Part shown: positions 53,560-58,938 of the stretch, one piece after another
Layout of the letters: each line of letters begins with the position of its first letter
How positions within the stretch are numbered: the stretch's first letter is position 1
Virus record (IMG/VR): IMGVR_UViG_3300038954_000089
Span: 1 to 58,938 of that record
DNA: 58,938 nucleotides
Source of the DNA: a virus
Lineage: Duplodnaviria > Caudoviricetes
Reading direction: 5' to 3' (one strand)
Notes under the pieces: model-generated
The model's input: the letters and a program-made list of their open reading frames with translations, nothing else
Told to the model about the DNA's origin: nothing
The model's database searches: none
Made by a program: the position numbers and the translations under genes

Positions 53560-55827
53560 ATGGATATTTTTAAACCATTCAGGGCCAAACAAGACGCGGG
53601 CGAACAGCCGGTTGAGGTGCAAGCCCATGTTGTTCGGTCGATCCAGGGCCAAAATGGGCGCGTTTGGGAGGCGGTTTTGATCGCTCCCGGCGAATCAAAG
53701 TCGAAACCCAAATTCGATTGGACGCCGCAAGTTCTCCAGATGGCCGTGGATGACGGCGTTTTTGAGGGCGTGGCGATCAATGCCTACCAGGTCGCGGATG
53801 GCTACTATAGCCACGTTGACGCGAAACTGGAAGACCTGAAGCAGTATCTCATTCAGGAAAAGGCTGGCGTCGTCAAAGATGTTCGATACGTCGAAAATGA
53901 GGGCGTTGTCGGATATATCGAATTTTCGGAGCGATACGAATGGATACCGGCGCAGCTTTCGGACAAGCCGGATTTTCTCGGTCTATCCATCGATGCCCGA
54001 GTGACAGCAAGCGAGAATACGGAACCGATTCCGGTGACCAAAATCCTGGAGGCCAGTTCCGTTGACGTAGTGACCCGTCCGGCAGCGGGCGGAAAATTCA
54101 TCCGCGCCGTTGCGGATCAGACAACCCCAAACGAAAAACAGGAGCAAGACATGGACAAGCGCAAAGTTTTTCGGATGCTCCAGGGCGTCCGGCCCGACCT
54201 AACGGACGGGAAACAAATTAACAGCATGAGCGATGACGAGGTGATGCAACTCGTACAGCAGGCTCTTGCCATTCCAGAACCTGGGAGCGCCGAACCGGAA
54301 ACACCGGCGCAGCAGAACGAACCCGCCGGGGACAAAGAACCGGAAAAGGCCAAGGAGCCGAAAAAAGAACCCGAAACCGAGCAACCAGCACAGCAGGGTA
54401 TGACGATGGACGACATCAAGAAGGAATTAGAGAAATTCAAGCGGGAGCAGGAATGGGAAAAATCCCTCCGTTCTGCTATGAGCGAGAGCAACCTCCCTGA
54501 CCATATCCTTAAACGGCTGCGGGAGAAGTGGGAGCCCAAAGTCGGCGAATTGGACGGGCTGAAAGCCGACATCAAGGCGGAAGTCGAATGGCTGGCGAAA
54601 CAGGCCGTCCCCGGCTTCGACATCCCGGATCAGTCCCGTGTCAATGTGGGCGTAGGTCCGATGCAGAAAATCCAGATCGGGCTTGACAAGGCTTTTGGGC
54701 TTTCGCAGGAGGATTTTGACGGGGCGCGGAAAGCCACCCTCCTGAATGGGAAAAAGGCATTCCCGGACCTCCGGGCCGCGCAGGCCGAAGACTGGGACAA
54801 CACGCCGTCGTCCCTGTCCCTTCGGGAGCTATACGTTCAGCTTTCAGGAGATCCCGACATCACCGGCCATTTCCGTCCGGAGAATGTGTCCCGCGACATC
54901 CGGGCCGCACAGGATTTTACATCATCGACGTTCAGTTATGCGCTCGGTAACACGCTCCACCGGCGGCTGGTCAAGGATTTCCGGGAGCCGGATTTCAAGG
55001 AAGACCTGTTGGTTTCCATCCGCAAAACCGTAACCGATTTCAAATCCCAGGAAGCGGTCAACGTCGGGTATTTTCCTGACATCGCCACAGTCAACCCGGA
55101 AGCCGAGGACTACGACGAGATCGCCACCGTAACCGATGAGGAAAGTATCTACACAATCACTCAGAAGGGTAACCTCATGAGCGTGACTCGGAAGATGATC
55201 TTCAATGATGATATTTCCCTTCTCCAGCGGCTTGTCGGACGACTCGGTCGGGCAGCGCGGCGGACACATGCTAAGGCCGTTTGGGCTTTCTTCACCGGTA
55301 ACGCGACCTGCTCCGATGGGACGCCTTGGTTCACCTCCGGGCATGGGAACCTGAGCAATTCCGCGCTTTCCTTCACCACTGCGATTGCTGCTTACAAGGC
55401 GCTGGCGAAGATGACGGAGAAGGACTCCGGCGAACGGATCGGTCTTCTGGACGGCATGGAGATGCCGACGCTCGTTTATCCGATTGACCTGATGGAAACA
55501 GGCATGAAGGTTGTCGAAGATGAGATCTACTATGCTACAAATGACCTGACTGACAAGACCCGGAACCCGCTGCGCGGGAAGATCCGTGGCGCAATGGTTT
55601 CGCTCCTGACCGATGCGAATGACTGGGGCTTGCTTATGCCGCCTTCGGTGGTCGATATGGTGGAGATGGGCTATCTGAACGGTCGGCAGGAGCCGGAATT
55701 CTTTTTAGCCAATAATCCGACGGTCGGGCAGATGTTTTTAAATGACAAAACGCAGTACAAATTGCGCCATGAATACAATGGCGCGGTAATTGCGTATCAG
55801 TCCGGTTACAAGGGCATAGTGGCCTAA
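53560..55827 (+). CDS. Fused prohead protease-scaffold-major capsid protein (Mu gpT-like capsid domain)
   Basis: GLSI...SVDVVTRPAAGG protease motif; E/K/P-rich linker; DFK...TRKMIFNDD...HGNL...YLNG capsid motifs. Confidence 0.9.
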   Translation: MDIFKPFRAKQDAGEQPVEVQAHVVRSIQGQNGRVWEAVLIAPGESKSKPKFDWTPQVLQMAVDDGVFEGVAINAYQVADGYYSHVDAKLEDLKQYLIQEKAGVVKDVRYVENEGVVGYIEFSERYEWIPAQLSDKPDFLGLSIDARVTASENTEPIPVTKILEASSVDVVTRPAAGGKFIRAVADQTTPNEKQEQDMDKRKVFRMLQGVRPDLTDGKQINSMSDDEVMQLVQQALAIPEPGSAEPETPAQQNEPAGDKEPEKAKEPKKEPETEQPAQQGMTMDDIKKELEKFKREQEWEKSLRSAMSESNLPDHILKRLREKWEPKVGELDGLKADIKAEVEWLAKQAVPGFDIPDQSRVNVGVGPMQKIQIGLDKAFGLSQEDFDGARKATLLNGKKAFPDLRAAQAEDWDNTPSSLSLRELYVQLSGDPDITGHFRPENVSRDIRAAQDFTSSTFSYALGNTLHRRLVKDFREPDFKEDLLVSIRKTVTDFKSQEAVNVGYFPDIATVNPEAEDYDEIATVTDEESIYTITQKGNLMSVTRKMIFNDDISLLQRLVGRLGRAARRTHAKAVWAFFTGNATCSDGTPWFTSGHGNLSNSALSFTTAIAAYKALAKMTEKDSGERIGLLDGMEMPTLVYPIDLMETGMKVVEDEIYYATNDLTDKTRNPLRGKIRGAMVSLLTDANDWGLLMPPSVVDMVEMGYLNGRQEPEFFLANNPTVGQMFLNDKTQYKLRHEYNGAVIAYQSGYKGIVA

Positions 55828-55857
55828 TTTTTCAATAATTTATAGGAGGTTTCTATT

Positions 55858-56928
55858 ATGAAACGGTTTTCTTTTTTCATGGCGCTTTTCATGGCGCTGG
55901 TTTTCGCGGCCAGTGTGAACGCCGCTTATACGGTCGATCAGAAATGGGTCCGATTCCCCGGGACCGCCGGCGCGACCCTGGTTACGGGCGATCCCGTGGC
56001 AGTGGCCGATGCGGACGGAGAGGTATATGAGGCCGATGCCAACGTGGCGACGCGACGGCCTTGTATCGGGATTATTGCGCACAAGACGGGCGGCGACGGT
56101 GAAACGGTCGAGGTTGTGACCTACGGCATTGTCGGCGGTTTGACCGGACTCACCGAGGGAGGCGCGGTCTATTTGAGCGAGACGGCGGGAGAATTCACGC
56201 AATCCGCACCGACCTATTCCCAGATTGTCGGATATGCGATTAGTACGACCGAGATCATTTTCAACCCGCTGGCCTACTTTGACACATCCAGTTTGACGGC
56301 GCTTGGGACGTTGACTGGGGCAACCCCGATTATCATGGAGGGCGCCTCTGATGATGCCCACGAAACTACCATCACACCGGAGGATCCCACGGCGGACAAT
56401 GTATTCACTATCCCAGATGACACCGGAACAGCCATTACATCCACGCTATCGACGAATGGCCAGGATGTTGTGAATTCAGTCTGGGGGGCGTCTGACAGTA
56501 TCGTGGCCGAAGGTGCAACGGCTGACGCATACGAAGGCACTCTGACATGGGCAGATCCTACGGCAGACGTGACGTGGACCATGCCAGATGATACCGGTTA
56601 CATCGCCTACCAGCCGGGTGGTTCAACGACCAGTGCGGGAGATTCTCTCGCCATTCCGATTACTCACGCTGTAGTTACGAAAACGACCGGTGGGGACGCG
56701 GAGGCCTTGACATTGGCCGACGGCGAAGAGGGGCAAATCCTGACAATCACTCTCGGAACCGATGGCGGTGGGAATGGCACTTTGACGCCATCAACATCTA
56801 CCGGATGGGCGACGGCTGTTTTTGCCGATGCCGGCGACACAATCACGGTGAAATACGTCGATGATTCGGTTGGATGGATCCTGATGTCGGCATATGGCCT
56901 GACTGCGCAACCTGAAATCACGCAGTAA
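55858..56928 (+). CDS. Capsid decoration/cement-like protein with signal peptide
   Basis: AGATLVTGDPV...G.V.GLTGLT.G..VYLS..AG pattern; N-terminal MKRFSFFMALFMALVFAASVNA. Confidence 0.7.
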   Translation: MKRFSFFMALFMALVFAASVNAAYTVDQKWVRFPGTAGATLVTGDPVAVADADGEVYEADANVATRRPCIGIIAHKTGGDGETVEVVTYGIVGGLTGLTEGGAVYLSETAGEFTQSAPTYSQIVGYAISTTEIIFNPLAYFDTSSLTALGTLTGATPIIMEGASDDAHETTITPEDPTADNVFTIPDDTGTAITSTLSTNGQDVVNSVWGASDSIVAEGATADAYEGTLTWADPTADVTWTMPDDTGYIAYQPGGSTTSAGDSLAIPITHAVVTKTTGGDAEALTLADGEEGQILTITLGTDGGGNGTLTPSTSTGWATAVFADAGDTITVKYVDDSVGWILMSAYGLTAQPEITQ

Positions 56929-56933
56929 TTGAG

Positions 56934-57674
56934 ATGGGCGATCTTACGGACTATAAAGCGGTAGTCGCTGCTCTGGTGCCTGGTACTCACCCGGCATCGG
57001 CCGGCGAACTGTCAACTCTCCAGGAGCGGGCCGTCAATATGGCCTTTGGCGAGCATTCCCGTTTCCGCCCGGTCGATGTCGTGGAAGATGTGACGGCTGA
57101 CGGCGGGCGGGATTACACGCTTTCCGATTTGGCGAGTTGGGTTTCAGGTTTTTCGGTCGTCAATTCTGTTCAATATCCTTTCGACGACACCGAAGAGACG
57201 GCGACAACACTCGAACAGTCTGAAGATTGGTCCATTTATGAAGAGCCTTCCGGGGCGGTTTTGCGCTTTGCAACCGCCCCGGATTCTGGCGACGATTTCC
57301 GCATAAAATATACCGGCAAGCACGCGATTACAGACGACGCATCCAGCTCAACTCTCAATCCTGCCGACGTGCTGCCCACTCAATCGTTAGCAGCCGGTTT
57401 TTATGCCCGTATGATTTCTGCTTATTATGCTCTTGATCAGGACCCCACCATTTCCGCAGATTCGGTGAACCATTCCGACCGGATGTCGAAGTATGAAAAG
57501 TTGGCTCAAAAATATTTCTCGGAATACTATCAGCACGTCGGCGTTAGCACTGGGAAGGGTTCCGGCAATGAAGGCGGAAAACTCGGTGTAGGGATTGCAT
57601 CGACCATAAAAGATTGGGACATGAATGCGTCAATGGGTTATGACCGCTTAACGCATCCGAGACGGTACAGATAA
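56934..57674 (+). CDS. Head-tail adaptor/completion protein
   Basis: Position after capsid genes; DPTISADSVN motif. Confidence 0.65.
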   Translation: MGDLTDYKAVVAALVPGTHPASAGELSTLQERAVNMAFGEHSRFRPVDVVEDVTADGGRDYTLSDLASWVSGFSVVNSVQYPFDDTEETATTLEQSEDWSIYEEPSGAVLRFATAPDSGDDFRIKYTGKHAITDDASSSTLNPADVLPTQSLAAGFYARMISAYYALDQDPTISADSVNHSDRMSKYEKLAQKYFSEYYQHVGVSTGKGSGNEGGKLGVGIASTIKDWDMNASMGYDRLTHPRRYR

Positions 57675-58199
57675 ATGGCCGAAAACATTAAAATAACAGG
57701 CGATAAAAAGCTAATAAAAGACCTGAAAAATTTAGCGAAAAAATGGCCGGAGATTTACAAGGAAGAAACCACCAAAATACTGAAATTGATCGCGGCAAGA
57801 TATGAAAGTGAAGTTGTGCAACGGACGCCGGCAGGCGTTGGAGGCGCATCGGGATTACGCGGATCAATTGGCGCAACGGAACCGAAAGTTTCCGCTGCGG
57901 GAGCAAGCGTTTCTGTAGGTTCACCGCTTGAATATGCCGAGCCGGTTGAATTCGGACGCAAAGCAGGACGTCGTCCGCCGGTCGGTCCGCTTGAATTGTG
58001 GGCGATCCGAAAACTTGGCATCTCAAAAGACGAAGCCCGGTCTGTTGGATTCGCGCTGTCAATTCATATCGGCCGGCATGGAACTGAAGGCGCGTTCATG
58101 TTTCGTGATGGTTGGGCGGCGATGGAAGGGTGGGCCGATGAACAGGCGGCCATATTGCCAAAACGAATCACAGACAGGGCAATGGCGCAGGTGGATTGA
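57675..58199 (+). CDS. HK97 gp10-like tail completion protein
   Basis: TP.G..G.LRGSI...YAEPVEFG...GT.G..MF. Confidence 0.8.
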   Translation: MAENIKITGDKKLIKDLKNLAKKWPEIYKEETTKILKLIAARYESEVVQRTPAGVGGASGLRGSIGATEPKVSAAGASVSVGSPLEYAEPVEFGRKAGRRPPVGPLELWAIRKLGISKDEARSVGFALSIHIGRHGTEGAFMFRDGWAAMEGWADEQAAILPKRITDRAMAQVD

Positions 58200-58666
58200 T
58201 GGCACTATCTGACATTATATCTGCGATCAAAACGAAAGTAGAAACTGCCGTTCCGACTGCAAAAGTCTATGGATATGAAAGATGGTCGCCGCGTTGGGAC
58301 GGCATGTTGGCGTTATTCAAAACCGATACCGACCTTATTAACGCATGGATGATAACTCGAATCCAAACGGAATCAGAGCGGACGGCATACGACACCCGCA
58401 GACGGGCACACGTATTCCGATTGCGCGGCGTTTACGGGCTCGATGATAGTGAAAACACTGAGGCGACATTCCAGGCGCAGATTGAAGCGATTGACGCGGC
58501 CTTTTCGCTCGATGATGAAACAATGGGTGACGCCGTAACAACGATCAGGCCATATTTCGGGCCAATGTCGGGAATTGATGGTACACAGATTGACTCAGTT
58601 GACGTGCGAATGTTTGGGAATGTCCTTTGTCATTATGCCGAATTAAGATTGGGCGTGATCGAATAA
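58199..58666 (+). CDS. Tail terminator-like protein
   Basis: Position; MFGNVLCHYAELRL C-terminus. Confidence 0.65.
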   Translation: MALSDIISAIKTKVETAVPTAKVYGYERWSPRWDGMLALFKTDTDLINAWMITRIQTESERTAYDTRRRAHVFRLRGVYGLDDSENTEATFQAQIEAIDAAFSLDDETMGDAVTTIRPYFGPMSGIDGTQIDSVDVRMFGNVLCHYAELRLGVIE

Positions 58667-58681
58667 GAAAAGGAAAATGAA

Positions 58682-58938
58682 ATGGCGAAAGTGGATTTAA
58701 CCGAAACAATCGACGCATACGGGAAAACGTATAACGGAAGCGTCGGGGCTGGCGATTATGCCATTGTGGAGACTCGCCGAAAGGATGTTTCCGTCGCTTG
58801 GCATCCATCATCAGGGGGATCGGCGGCAGTGAAATATAGCCTTTCACCCGTTGCTGATATCCAGGCTGGAACGGCGAACTGGATCACTAAAGAGACCGGG
58901 AAAACATCCGCCGGTTCAACATCCATATACGGCCCGGT
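58682..58938 (+). CDS. 5' part of the junction-spanning protein (ends at 185)
   Basis: MAKVDLTETIDAYGKTYNGSV...; SD AAGGA; open to the window end. Confidence 0.8.
   Translation, partial: MAKVDLTETIDAYGKTYNGSVGAGDYAIVETRRKDVSVAWHPSSGGSAAVKYSLSPVADIQAGTANWITKETGKTSAGSTSIYGP
58812..58938. repeat. Terminal direct repeat (assembly overlap), copy 2
   Basis: Identical to 1-127. Confidence 0.97.

Noticed and set aside
58812-58938. 127 bp terminal repeat as a biological terminal repeat
   Set aside because: Length equals a common assembler k-mer and it falls mid-gene; it indicates circularity only

Overview
Complete circularly permuted genome of a tailed dsDNA phage (siphovirus-like). Bases 1-127 are repeated exactly at 58812-58938 as an assembly overlap, giving about 58.8 kb of unique sequence. 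Morphogenesis runs 47938-58938 then 1-13342: terminase small and large subunits, portal, MuF-like protein, fused protease-scaffold-capsid, decoration protein, head-tail joining, tail tube, frameshifted tail chaperone, tape measure and tail tip. 13.5-29 kb is an accessory/early region built from promoter-headed cassettes. 29-47 kb holds recombination, replication and DNA modification genes: Rad52-like annealase, RuvC-like resolvase, SSB, initiator with iterons, primase-helicase, RNA ligase, SNF2-like helicase, DNA methyltransferase and a ParB/MTase/radical SAM trio. No integrase, CRISPR array, canonical tRNA or recognisable endolysin was seen. Most unusual observations: (1) a terminase intein whose central 213 codons are dual-coding, with a complete HNH endonuclease gene in the -1 frame; (2) integron attC-like sites delimiting phage genes as cassettes, with complementary core sites but no integrase; (3) a membrane operon with a prepilin-like protein and a TM-anchored FtsK/VirD4-like ATPase; (4) Sec/lipoprotein signal peptides on morphogenesis-region proteins; (5) a type II hammerhead ribozyme and three other structured RNA candidates. 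All family assignments come from motif recognition by eye; no searches were run.
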